From NCBI GenBank assembly GCA_003971905.1, contig RSEE01000010.1, positions 496,001-560,000 on the forward strand: a stretch of DNA of 64,000 nt. The letters run 5' to 3'. The notes under the pieces were generated by a model, which ran no database searches, was not told the origin of the DNA, and worked only from the letters and a program-made list of their open reading frames with translations. Made by a program: the position numbers and the translations under genes. This document shows, piece by piece, positions 25,726 through 38,304 of the stretch; position 1 is the first letter of the stretch, and every line of letters begins with the position of its first letter. Source of the DNA: Moniliella sp. 'wahieum' (Eukaryota).

Positions 25726-27049
25726 GCGACGGCGGAGGGGTGGGGAACGGGCGACTGTGGGCTACTGGGAGAGAGGGCGTGCGGGGGCGCAGGGGCAGTG
25801 TGAAGAAGGTGCGCGGCAACGCGCGGTGGTCGTGCGCGTGCAGCAGAGGACGCAGTGTGCCGTGCCGGCAGTGCCCCCGACCGACGCGGAGAGGATGATC
25901 GATGATCCTGAGACTTGCCCGACTTGCGTGGGGGCAGTATTTCGGATGCATGATGGATGGTGCAGAGGGCGGGCTGGGTGATTCCGAAGCCAAGGGAGCA
26001 GGGCAGCCAGCAGGACCCAGCTCGGAAGTCCAAGGCGGTGTGACATTGGCATGGGACATGGCCCTGGCCGTGGACATGGATGGACATGGCTGGACTGGAC
26101 ATGGGCATGGTGCAGGGACGTCGACATGGGACAGGCAACAGGTGACATGGTGACATGGTGACAGGCGACACTGAACGGGTGCTGCATCTGGCTTGTGCGC
26201 GCTGGCGTTCAGTCGGAGAACGCTGGGGCGCTGAGGCCTGGGGAGCTGAGGCACGGAGGCGCTGAGGCAGCAGGCGTGAGCGAGTGAGCGCTGACCAATG
26301 ATTGGATGACCGGTGACGCGTGACGGCCCAGATTGAGGATCCGGGGGCAGAGAGTGGGGGCAGTGTGGGCCGGGCTGGGCGCGTCCACCAGGGCTGGGCA
26401 GTAGGCCAGCTGTGCGGCGAGAACCGGGCTGGGGCTGCTGGGGCGCCCGTCTAGCGTCTGAGATCTGGGCCGAGGCAGTGCACTGTTAATGCGGTTACTA
26501 GGTTACTGTCCCACAGCAAGGGCGGCCACAGGGATCGATCGATACTCTACCCCCAGAGCAGCCACCACGTCTGCAGCTTCTTGCCGCGGTGCGTCAGCAG
26601 CAGCAGCGACAATTGCCATTGCCAGCGGGCGCTGCTGGCCGTTGCGCGGCACCCGCACCCGCACTGGTGGCAATCGACAATCCACAAAAGTCAGGCCGTG
26701 GCACAGGAGGGCACAGCGCCGGCCTGGTTGCCTGCTCGCGCTTTGGAGAGGCTGGTGCCAGTGAGCCAGTGTGACCCTGAGGCTTAGGCCTGCCTGAGCC
26801 TGAGGCCCTGAGGCCGATGGGAGAACGAGATGGTCAGGAGACTACACACTGCGATCGAGCTGGAATAGGCTGGAATTCATCACACATCAGCCATGGCATG
26901 CATGAGCATGAACGCTCCGCGCCAGGGAGCAAGGGCGCGCGCAGCGAGCGCATGCCAAAGGCTGCGGCCGTCGTAGACACACATACATACTCCTTCTCAG
27001 ATCGCAGATCTCAATCTCACATCCCAGATCCCGGGTCGATCTCAACCAC

Positions 27050-27360
27050 TAATCATCGATCATCGATCATCGATCATCGATCATCGATCTCAATTATCTC
27101 ACATCTCAATCTCACCGGTCATTGTTTCAACCTCCATTCTCAACACGCAGATCCTCTGGCACGCTTCCACAGCGTCCGCTCCACCAACACCAGGGGCATC
27201 ACATTGTCACGGTACTCTCAGGACGTCCAATTAGACGTTCAGTCTAACGCGTGTCACATGTTCACACGTTCACATTCAATAAGTGGCTAGTGAAGCTAAT
27301 GACATGTGACATGTGACACGGCGACATGTGTGTGCACATGTCACGCGCCACGTGTGTGAT
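27050..27360. repeat. 7-bp periodic arrays (TCATCGA)x5 and (TGACATG)n
   Basis: TCATCGA x5 at ~27053-27087 and TGACATGTGACATGTGAC at ~27300-27317. Confidence 0.85.
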
Positions 27361-28733
27361 GGCATGGGTTCGTTCAGGTGATCGAGGTGATCCCGGTGAT
27401 CTGGCAACCATTCCTGTCACATGTCATTTCCATCGTACCCGGTCTTCTCTTTCCTCTACCAACGATTGCCTTGCCTCCTTTGGAGCACTGGGAGTACTTG
27501 GTTCGCTCTATTTGCCGCTTCCCCGACATCTCTCCACGGCCCAGTTGGGGGTACTCGATACTCCCTGATGCACCTACTTCTTGGGTGGCGCTGAGGGCAT
27601 CGGAATGAGAAGCGGCACTAGTGAGACGTGCCACTCTTTCAGTGTTGCCTCTCGAGTTGGAGCGGCCACCCCCACCACAGACCACACCACGTTGAAGGTA
27701 GTAGCCCAAAAGTTAACCAACAAACTGCGTCCCACATTCGGGAGGGGCCAAAGCCAGGCTTTTCTCCTTGTGGAGCTGGGCTTGTTAGAGTATGGCATGA
27801 TCGTGCACTCACATGCTATTTAACTTACTTTTGCGGCCAAGCCACTGGTACTATGCGGAAGTCTTCTCTTTGTTCTGCCTCTCGAGCGCATCGGACAGGG
27901 TATCCCTTGCGGGCCTCCTTCCCCTTCCTTTCTTCTCTCCCTGTTGTTCACAACGTCGGACTAACGTCAGCGCGTCAGGCTACTTCGTTAATGGACAACC
28001 GCCGTTCTGGGCTCTCATTGAGGTGACCGATCCATCGCGCTGACCCATTGATCACACAGTATTGCGCTCGCCCTAGCCCCCATTCCATTCTTTCGTGATA
28101 GCTGTCATAGGGAGGGGATCCCGAGGTGGAACCCCCTCGTGGTGTAGGGGGTATAAACCCTTGGACAGGCCATCGGTGTCTCGTACGTTAGGTCCTACTC
28201 CAGATCCTGTGTGGTTGAACCGAGCGGATGTAGAGGCGAGGAGAGACCCTTTAGTTCGGGTTTTGCTGCCTGCGTGCAAAGGCCGCAGCTCAGACCCTCC
28301 TAATGTAGGAGCCGCGCACGTAGGTCGTTATACCAGTTGAAGGGGTCCAGGAGCTCCGAAAGTCACTCTGTTCCTCGTAGCGTTACCATACTACTCGGTA
28401 CGCTGTAGTATGCGGCAACAGACAGAGTCCTAAAGAAGATCAAGCGCTACTGATGGTACTGATGCGAGTAACCGCGCAGCTTGCAGTGTACTCGACGTAA
28501 GTCGTAAATTCGTAAGCGTAAAAATGGTAGAAGGTGGAAGGGCGAGAGAGGAACTGGTAGTCGGGAGGACCAAAGACAGGATGGCCGACAAGGACCACAT
28601 ATGCAAGCCTTAGACATGGCTGCTTACATACAACAGAAGGAACCAGGCCTCAAGTGCCCCATGATAAGTATAGAGAGAATGCGGAGCACCTTCCAGAGAG
28701 GTATAAGGACTAATGCACAGCCAATGCTCTCAA

Positions 28734-28781
28734 GGGCGCTGACGGTGCGTAGTCGGGCGCTGACGCTGCGTAGTCGGGCGC
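28734..28781. repeat. 21-bp tandem repeat x2.3 (GGGCGCTGACGSTGCGTAGTC)
   Basis: Direct repeats are visible. Confidence 0.75.
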
Positions 28782-29189
28782 AGCAGGAAGGATTCCAGCA
28801 AGACTGACTGTGCAATGGGCACAAAGCATCGTACCGATGAGCGCATGCGACCATGGCGGGCCGCGTAGCGCCCCGTAACTTCCTACTACTACTCTTCCGC
28901 CCTCCTTATAGTCCTAACCCGAAGAGAGCGACTTCTCCATCGTTCTCTCTACCCTCGGCCTCAACCTCAACACCTACTGGCCCTACCCCTAAACCCTATT
29001 ACCTCATCACTTTTCCCTCCCGGCCCCAACCCCACTCCACGTCACTCTCACCCCAACCTCTCCACCCCCAACCTCCACTGCCACGACTAATACCTGACAA
29101 CTCCCTTCCTCCAACCCCATTTTTCGCACCGTTCCCACCAACCTTCCCCGCTTTCACCTCGACCACTACTCTGTACCACTCTACCCAGC

Positions 29190-29951
29190 ATGAACAGCGA
29201 CAGTGAAGCGGGCAATCAGTTGACTCCACCGACCCAGGCTGCTCCTGCGATGGTCTGGCCGCAGTTTGTGTTCCTGCGCAACGGCCCTCATGATGATGGT
29301 TACCAGCGCGTTCTTACTGCACTCCCACACATTTTCAATGGCGACGCGGTTGTGACGAAATTGCGCGGCGGACAAAAATGGCAAGCCGAAAGCAGGGTCG
29401 CCTGTACCTGACGACGGCCCTGAGTACGAAGTGGTGAACTGGTTTCCTACTGCATTAACACTCTGGGCAAGAAATTCATCAAGGCAGAGGATCTGTTGTT
29501 TGTGAAAATCATCGCCACAACCCGCCCCAAGGACACCGTGGCAAGCCTCCAAGCCCAGCTCCTCCAGCTGGTAACTGATCTTTGCAGTCACAATGTGGAT
29601 GTGGCATGGCGTTCCTACTACCGTCTTGCCAACTTTCTGTTTAGTGACGATGACTTTATCCCCATCGTTACTTCCGTCGATCCTGTCTTCGCATTTGGCA
29701 AGCTCGGTGTTCCCAAGGACTCGCCTCTGTACAAAGCACAACGCGACGGCCTAAGCTGGGCAGATTTTGACAAGGACAAGGCTGCAGCATTTCATACTTC
29801 GTGGTCTCCGAAGCGGCGTTCCCTTGCTCTTCGCGAGAATCTTGAAGAGTGGCGCAAATTTCTGGACTTTCCATTTATGCTGTTCTTCTTCCTGGCGGTC
29901 ATCTATATGTCCTGTCGTGCTCAAAAAGGTACTAGCGTCAGGAGCTTATAA
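29190..29951 (+). CDS. Hypothetical protein (frameshifted ORF pair)
   Basis: Protein-like ORFs 29190-29411 and 29496-29951 after a pyrimidine-rich leader. No recognised motif. Confidence 0.45.
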
Positions 29952-30672
29952 GAAGCTATCTGTGACTGTTTCGTATCTTCCCTTGCACAGGGCAATCATC
30001 CTTAGCTTGGCAGCGTATAGCTACTTTTCAGTGTAGCTACTTCTCGGATAACGGGCAACCCAGTGTAGTCTGCTTCGCCCTAGCCCCCGTTCTTTCACAG
30101 CTGAGCAGAGCCTGTCAAAACTATATTCCCCCCCGCTGCTCGCTGGGTGCTTGGCAGGGGATGGCGGAAGGGTGGTGGGATGTTCCCCCTTTGGACTGTA
30201 AACCAACCTACCCGGTCTCTGTGTGTCGTTTTGAGGACTTCAGTTGCAGGAGGTGTTTCAATGGAACCACGTGGCTTGGTGATGTACGCCACTTTTGGCG
30301 TTACGCGTTACGCCTTACCACTTTTCTTTGACTGAGGCTGTTGGACTTTCTGAGAATGGATGCAATGCTTCCATGCGGGCGACGTAATGTTTATACTGGT
30401 AGATCTGACTTACCGGCATGCCAGCAGATTCTCTCCACCAATCCATTCCTCTATTGCTGTGTTCGTCCACTTTGGCAACGGCCTGCCACCCGCACTCGAA
30501 TCACATACGCAACCCACGCAATGCCAGCGTTACAATGCCAGTCTTTGTATGGCCCGTCCCTGCTGGCGAAAGGATCGTGATGCGTGGTTGGGATGAAGAT
30601 AGGAAACAGAGAGGCAGGAGCAAGGCAGAGTACAACAGGACCTGTTCCATCTGAGTGTACGGTTGACATTGT

Positions 30673-30756
30673 GGGTTCGTGGTGTAGTGGTATCATGCCT
30701 CTTTAGGGTTTCAAAACTCGTAGAGGTGGTCCTCGGTTCGATCCCGGGCGGACCCC
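30673..30756 (+). tRNA. tRNA-Pro(AGG) with 12-nt intron
   Basis: GGGTTCG/CGGACCC acceptor, CCTCT/AGAGG anticodon stem with TT-AGG-G loop, GGTTCGATCCC, T-run terminator. Confidence 0.92.
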
Positions 30757-31388
30757 TTTTTTGGCTGGCGTTTGCTTGCGCCTTAGCGATTTTCCCGACT
30801 ATCACTGGCCCATAAGGCGCTTCCCGGCACCACGCTGGCACGGCGCACGCACGACATGGCGGGGGTGCAGGACCACTGGCTACTTGGATTGGCAGCATCT
30901 CCATAGTGAAGTAGGAGGGAAGAGATGGCTTGAACGGCCGCTCTCTTCTGTGCTCTTGCCCTCAGACGCCAGCTCAGCTGTCGCCTCGAATATAATAGCC
31001 CCTTGACTACAGTACATACATTATCCTCGCCTGTCTTAGTCTGCTACTCCTTCTAAGCACTTCCACCGCTTACTGTATTGGCTCCTGTATTTCCCTTCAT
31101 CGATCATCGGACGAGCGACTAGTGACTAGTGACTAGTGAGACGTAGACGACCCGCCCTTGTTTGCCTGTGGTTGATATAGAATAGACCTACTCCCTGTCC
31201 CTTTCAACAGTACCATACCTACATTACCCACCCAAAGCATGCTCCTATACTAATGCCGTTTTTTCTTCATCTTACCTTCTGTATCTCGGGGGGCAACGTA
31301 ATATGGACCAACAGTCATGAAATCGGTGCGGTAGGGGTGCAGGTGCAGGTGCAGGAAAACAGATGCGATACGGAGGCCAAAAGCAACT

Positions 31389-33462
31389 TTACTCGTCCGC
31401 TTCCTCCGGCAGCGGTCCATGCCTGCGGCCCGAGAAGGAGCGGGTAATGCCAACATCATCAGGGGGCGACGCTGGCATAGGCTGACCGTCGGCCATGGCC
31501 TCCTTGATCATCGAAATCGTCGACTCGATCGACCGCCGACGCATGGAGGGGGAAGACATGGTGGTGCCCAACGACGAGGAACGGGAATGATGATGGCCCC
31601 GACGAGCGGACTTTTGGCCACTCAGGTTGGCCTGTCCCTTGGCATTGATGAAAGAGCCAAATGGGTTTGGCGGATCGCTCGACGTGTCCAGCGGGGGCAG
31701 GGTGGTATGCTTACGCGAGCCGGGTAGAGTGGGTTCTTTGGGCAATTCGGGCAAGGCAGTCTCCTTAGGTGACTCGGGCAGAGGTACCGGCTCGCCCATG
31801 GGTGAATCCGTTAGTGCCCCCTCGGTGAGCGGGTCGGACGCATCCATCAACTCAGGAGGGAGACGTTCGTTCTCAATGTCCACCTTGCGCGCATCGTCAA
31901 ATCCGCGAATGTTGTCCTTGACTTCCTCAGAGCCAAGAATCAGGGAATCGTACGGCAAACTCGTCTCGGTGACAGGAGAACGCAGTTCCGAGGAGCGCTC
32001 CGTCTCTTCACGCAAAAGGGAAAAGACGCGTGACATGCGGCCAACAGAGATGATCTTGTCCTGGATTCCCTCATCGTCGGTTTGCATCGCCTCGGGCCCT
32101 GGCTCTGGTTCAGGCTTCGTTTCCTCAAGGAGCAGATCATCTTCGTCCTCTTCCTCCAGTTCCTCTTTGGAGCAAATGTTGAGCAGCGAAACCAGCATGT
32201 CGGTGATTTTCTCCCCACAAAAGGAAGAGACCACGTAAACACGTCCATAAAGTTGGGCAGCCAGTACGGGTGAGGGGTGGCGTTGAACTGTCGAATGTTC
32301 ATGACGTTGTTGTCGTACTTGAGTACGGCAGCCTTGTTGTTGTACACGTCAAGGTAGTTGGGGGCAGAAAAGATGGTCATGACAGAGGGAAAGCCTGTGT
32401 GTCTTGGTTTTGCGGTACATGCGGTACCCAGCATCTTGAGCCTCATGTGCACGAATAATGGACAGGAGGTTGTTCCGCTCAAGGAACTGGCAGGTGGCAG
32501 CATAGGTGAAAAAGTAACTGCACCCTCGGACATGATTGTGGAGGAAGAGTTCACCGTTTCTCTCTGAACCAAATTCCTCGCACGGGTCGGCCCAGGGATA
32601 TCGCACATGAGGCCGTGTGGGGCTCACGGAACCGATTCAGGTCACGAAGATCGTCCAGCGTCGTAAATTCCGGTGAGAGACCGCCGTGAATGCAAAGGAA
32701 TTGTTTGTTCATCAGCGCGCCGAGAGGTAGTGTGCAGAAGGATTCCATGCACTCGTCATAGATGGCCTCGGGTATTTGTGTTTGCCTATTGGAAATGTCA
32801 CATGCCGTCCAGGTACGGTGGTCAGCAGCCACCCTCGAAGGGGTGGAAAGGAACGTACATTCGAGCTTAAAGGTAAAATAGTCAGTCAGGTGCCGGCACT
32901 CGTGGTTTCCACGCAGAAGAAACACAGAGTCGGGGGGTAGCAGATCTTGAGAGCCCAGAGGTAGAGAACACATTCAATGGAGAAGTGCCGCGGTCAACAT
33001 AGTCCCCAAGAAAGAGGTAGCGCGTCTCGGCCGGTTGCCGCCGACTTCAAAGAGCTTCATCAGGTCGTAGTATTGGCCATGCACATCGCCACAGACAGTG
33101 ATGGGTGCTTCGACTTCGAGCAGATTAGGCTCGGCACGGAGGAGGGCGGTGGCGGTGCGGATGAGATAAAGGGCCTGGTCATTGGTGAGGCGGCCCTCGT
33201 GGTAGAGATGGTCTTTGAGGAAGACTAGATTGGGCGTGGTGTGCTGGGCATCGGCGTAAAAGTCGGCGTCAGAGGGCAGAGCAACGGCGGGCGCGGCTAC
33301 ATCGGTGATGACACGCTGGCGGGTGGAGACGGTGGTGCCGTCGTCGAGGACGTGGACGCTAAAGTCGATGTCGGGGACGGAGGCGGCCGACTTGCGCTGG
33401 ATCTCGCCGAGGGCAGCATGGAGGTGTTCGCGGTGGGCCTCGGCAGCTGGGGGCAGGGCCAT
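31389..33462 (-). CDS. CNA1: Calcineurin catalytic subunit A (PP2B); introns and frameshifts
   Basis: [55 protein letters not shown], CnB-binding [20 protein letters not shown] and autoinhibitory [16 protein letters not shown]. Confidence 0.96.
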
Positions 33463-34145
33463 GGTTGGGGGGGGGGGGGATGGTGGCTGCTGCTGCGCTG
33501 ATGCGGATGGGGATGCTGCTGATGGATGCGGGCGGGCGGAGCTGGGGTGGCGCAGAGGCGCTGGGGCTGCCTCGGGCACGCGCCCTGAGGCGTGACGTGA
33601 GGCGTGATGCATGCGTGCGAATTGGCCCAGAGGCGCGGTGGGATGCGGTGTGGTGCCCTGCCGCTGTCTGCTGCCTGCCGCTGCCCAGGAGCACAAGCGA
33701 GCTGCGTCGGACGGGGAGCGACGCCTGGGGTAACATTTCACAGCTGCACGGGGTAAATAGGGGCGCTGCGACACGTGACATGTGATGACGCATGTCACAT
33801 GGCACATGCCATGCATGCCACGGGTCGTTCGCGTTAGTCGTTAATCGCCCTCTGCAGGCAAGCGCTTCGTGCTGCGAAGAGAGAGCACAGCAGGGCCACC
33901 AGTATCCCTGCTCTCGGCTGTGTATATATCTCGCGCAGCACACGGATATACGCAGCGCTCTCCGTACCAAACAAAGCTCGACGATCCGGCGATCCCATCC
34001 ACACTCAGTCTCAGAGAGCACACCAGCCGCCCGCCGGCGATCGCTCAAGACGCCTCAGCATGAGAGGGTGAGATGATGCAGACAATCACTGGGATGGTCG
34101 GACGGCGCCCGCCCCCTCTCTCCTCCTTTACTTCCGCATCCTGCC

Positions 34146-35579
34146 ATGCCCGCCTCCTCCTCGTCCCGCCGCCCTCTCCGCCCGGGGCGCATCCGCCCCT
34201 GCGCGTGCTCGCTCTCCACGGCAAGGGCGCCTCCGGCTCCATCATGCGTGCCCAGCTCACCGCGCTCGCCCGGTACACGTCGCTCGAACCCCACCTGGTC
34301 TACGTCGATGCGCCCATGCTCGCCCCCCCGTACCACGGCGTTGAGACCTTCTTCCCCCCGGCGCACCACACCTACCACGCCTGGTACCATGCGCCCTGCC
34401 CTCGCACCATTCGGCAAGCCCATGCCCATCTTCAAGCACTCCTCACCCCCCGCCTGCGCTCCCGCCCAGTGCGCATGTCCACTTCTCCGCCCCTTCCCCC
34501 CCTCCTGCACCCGTTCCCGGCCGACCCCCTCACCATCGCCAGCTCTCACGAAGAGGAAACGTACCCCCCCGACCTCTTTATCCCCCCCCGCTCAACATCC
34601 ATGACGGCGCTGGATGAGCAGAGAGGAGACTATGCGCTTTCGGGTCCCCTATTTGAGCGGCACCACTTCACCGCTTCCAATGACCTAAGTCATTATGTGG
34701 CGTCACCTTCTCCTACCATTGCAGCGCACAGTATCGTATGGAGCCAATCGAGCCACGACAGCCCTCCATGCAGCAACGGGACGGGGAGCTATTCAACCAG
34801 TCCCTCGGACACTCCGCCGCAGTCCAAGTCCCCTCCACGCGAGAGCAGCCCGATTGTTGAGCGCCCGTCGCTGAGCAAACTCCGAACCAAGAAACGTGTC
34901 TCCTTTGGCCCCGAGCCTGACGAGAACGACGACGAGCCACTGTTGCACTCACCGGCATCCACCCAAACGCGGGTGCGCACTGCTTCCCAACTCCGTCCGG
35001 CTTTGGTCCAAACCTTTGCCCCCAGTGGCATGCCAACAGCCCATTTTCCTTCCAAACAGAAGGCGATTGCTACGACGGTGCCATCTGTTTTGCCCAAGGA
35101 TGTGCTGTCATGGCAGGCTACCTGCTCCAGCGTGCGGCAGCCGAGGCGCTAGGGTGCATTCATCTCATGCGGCCTTTGCCCAAGTTTGTCATCTTCATTT
35201 GTACGTCCCCCCCATCAGTTCGTGCCCAGCAGAGCTCTTAAACTGACCACATATAATATGCTCTCTGTTTCAGGTGGCAGTCGCCCCACTCGGCACGGGG
35301 CGGGGCACAGTACGAAAAAGTGGACGCAGATCAAGTTCCCTTTACGGTCCCCGGACGTCTGATTACTGTACCGACACTTCATCTCATTGGGCGTCTGGAC
35401 GGGGCGAGGAACGAGGGCCACGGGCTTGCACGTATGTGTGACCCACGCACTTCGGAGGTGGTTCAATTTGAAGGAGGACATGCACCACCGCGAAAGCAAG
35501 TAGATTTACGGCTGATTGGCCGGCGGTGGAGCGCCTACTGAAGCGCGCGGGACTGGAACTGTTGGCAGAGAAAGAGTGA
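34146..35579 (+). CDS. FSH1/OVCA2-family serine hydrolase fold with a long insertion and Ser->Ala at the nucleophile (ends approximate)
   Basis: LRVLALHGKGASGSIMRAQL, VYVDAP, YDGAICFAQG, PKFVIFI, ITVPTLHLIGRLD and FEGGHAPP. Confidence 0.8.
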
Positions 35580-36666
35580 AGAAGAAGGTCGGACGAACTT
35601 TTAGTTCAATATGTATACTCCGTTCACTATAGATATTGCGGGATTTGTTTGCCATTTCCCCACGTTTGACTGTTGCTTTTCTTCGTGTGAGGAAGAAGGC
35701 CTCTTACTTTCCACCTCCGCTCCGCTCCCCCCTTTTCTCTTTCCTTTCCCATCTCCATTGATGCACAGGGCCCCCTCATTGTCCTCTCCTTCCTCTCGCT
35801 CCTTGCATGAATCCCTGTTGGCATACTCTTCCCAGCCCTACCCCAAATCCATATTCTCATCACCTTTTCCTGTATTGTCTTCTTCTTCTCTCTTCGTTTC
35901 CTGTACTCTCCATCTGCGTCAACTCCGACTGACAACAGCATCCACGATCTGTTTACCGCTTCCAAAATGTATCCCACAAGCAACACCATATGCCGCAGCC
36001 TGGTGGCGTCCTCCCATCAAGCCTCAGGTTTGTCACAGCGCTCTAGCTGCTTTTCTCATTCCCTCATTCTCCTTCTCTACCACTCACTCTCTTTTGATTC
36101 CGCCGACGTGTTAATGTGGTGCACACAGCACCCTCCCTCAATCAAAGCCATTATATGTATACTTGAACCACAGTCTGAGACTTCCATATTCCACCCTTGC
36201 CCCGAAGGCTTTTCGGCTCCTGTCATGCGTCACAGTTGATGTCAACTGCCCACGTTCAACCTCGTTCACCATTCACCTGATCTCGTCGACAGGCAGAAGG
36301 GTCGACCTTGCAGTTCTGGATGGAATACAGACCACAGCAGCCAGGCCGCCTCTGTGGCACAGTGGATGGCAGCGCATGGGGGGAAGTGCAGCATCTCAGT
36401 CTACTACTAGCATCAACCTGTCGCAATGGCGTAGGAGCCACACGAGGTCCTCCCACACCACGGTCCATGATCTGAGACGTGGCATTTACGGTCTATCTTC
36501 TACCTCCTCGGTGAAAGGGAGGGGCAGGAGGGACGGGTAGCACGAGGATAAGCATTGTTCTTCCAGCATCAGGGCATGGGGGAGAGGGTAGATTAGTGCG
36601 CGAACGCTACCGAACACAACGGTAGTAGTGATCTAGTGAACATCAATCAGGGCAACAAGACAACCA

Positions 36667-38304
36667 TCACGGAATCATGGGCGTAGCGCTGCTTTTCGGG
36701 TGGAGACGAAGGTCATGCATGGTAGCCAACTTCTGCCCTTCGGTCGTGCCCGTGGCCCAGGCACCGTGGACCGAGGCAAACCAGTCGCGGTGGGTGGCTT
36801 CACCCGCAAAGCGAAGCGTATGAGACCAGATTGGGTGGCCGAGCTCCAGCAGGTCCCAGCTCGATGCCGAAGCTTGCGTCGTGTCGCGCGGGGGGATAGG
36901 TGTACGACCCGAGCGCGTGCGGGTCGGTGCGCCAACGGGTGAGAACGGCGTGTTGGAAGGCCGGCGCCTTTTGTCCGGGGGGCAAGAGGGCGGACTGGAG
37001 ACGGGCATGCAGACGATCAAACAGTTCGGCCTCCTTTTCCTTGGGGATGGTCTCCATCACTTCGGCCAGCGTCGGCGGAATAAAGGCCATGAGCACAGGG
37101 TGACCATGGATGCTGGTGTAGTCTTGGATGTGGAAGTGCCGCGACACCACCTCGTCAATCGCTGTCGTCTTCTTCTCCTGCACGGCACCAGGGAAGGTAG
37201 GATTGGCGTCATCCACAATTTCAATCCAGCGGTCCAGATTCCTCTCTCCCTCCTTGGCCCACCAAGACGAAGGGTAATGGAGGATGATCTTGTCGAGCAA
37301 GCCGAATCCGAGACGCTGGATGGAAGCAAGTTTGCGCTGGGGCAACGGCGGGGTAAAGGGCAAGCATTCTTCAAAACACCAAGAGGCAGTGTGCAGACAA
37401 TGTAATCGGCATAGAAGGTCTCTTCCCCTTGGGGGGTGGAGGCCGTAACCGAATGTTTTCCTCCATCTACGCCCTGGGTGACGGCGGTGACACGGTGCTG
37501 GAGCTTAACCTGCCCAGCATGGGCAAAGAACTGGAGAGCCATGTAGTTGATCACCTGTCCAAACCCTTGCGGTACCACCGCATCATCTCCCACTGTCTCC
37601 TCGTCCGTGCCCCACCAGCGAAGAGCGACCTTGTCAATAGGAGCTCCGGTCCACCCTGCCCACATCTCGGGTTGGGCCAGGATGCGTTCCTTGGCGGTGG
37701 CAGGGATGCCGTCCCAGAGCTGGTCCAGCTTGGCTTTGGTCTTCTCCGGGTGCGGGTCCGAGGGCGAGACGTTTCCTAGCAGCGCATGCCACAAACTCAA
37801 ATCGTCCGTCGGCTCCCAGTCGTCCGTACTCTGGCTCAGTTCCGAGAGACGAGCAAAGGTAACCTCGTATGAGTGTTCAAACTCTTTAGATGCCTCGTCC
37901 ATCGGGAGAATAATTTGGCCATGGGAGGTGGAGCGGAGAGTCTGGAGCAGGGTGGGCTCGGTGGGCCGGGCGAGGGAAAAGCCGGGGACGACACCAATGT
38001 AGGCGTTGAGCGGGTTGTTGTCAGCGCCATGGACAAAGGAGGCACCCAAGTCGGCGGGGACACGGGCGGGGTTGAGTTGATAGGGCACGGCCGGGTCCTC
38101 CTTCTGGCCCGTCATGTCAATCGTGTGGATCCGCCCGCCGAGCCGATCCCGGCTTTCCAGCACAGCGACTCGCATCCCGGTCCGGGCCATTTCGCCAGCA
38201 GCTGCCAGGCCCGAGATGCCGCCGCCAATGACGAGGGCATCGTACTCGTTGTGCGAGGGGGCGGAGGCGCTGGTGGTGAGGGCTTTGGGCGCGGTGGGTG
38301 ACAT
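36667..38304 (-). CDS. Flavin-containing amine oxidase (polyamine oxidase/Fms1-like)
   Basis: LVIGGGISGLAAA, LESRDRLGGRIHT, DLGASFVHG, VCTLPLGVLK, TRWRTDPHALGSY and FAGEAT...SVHGAW. Confidence 0.9.
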
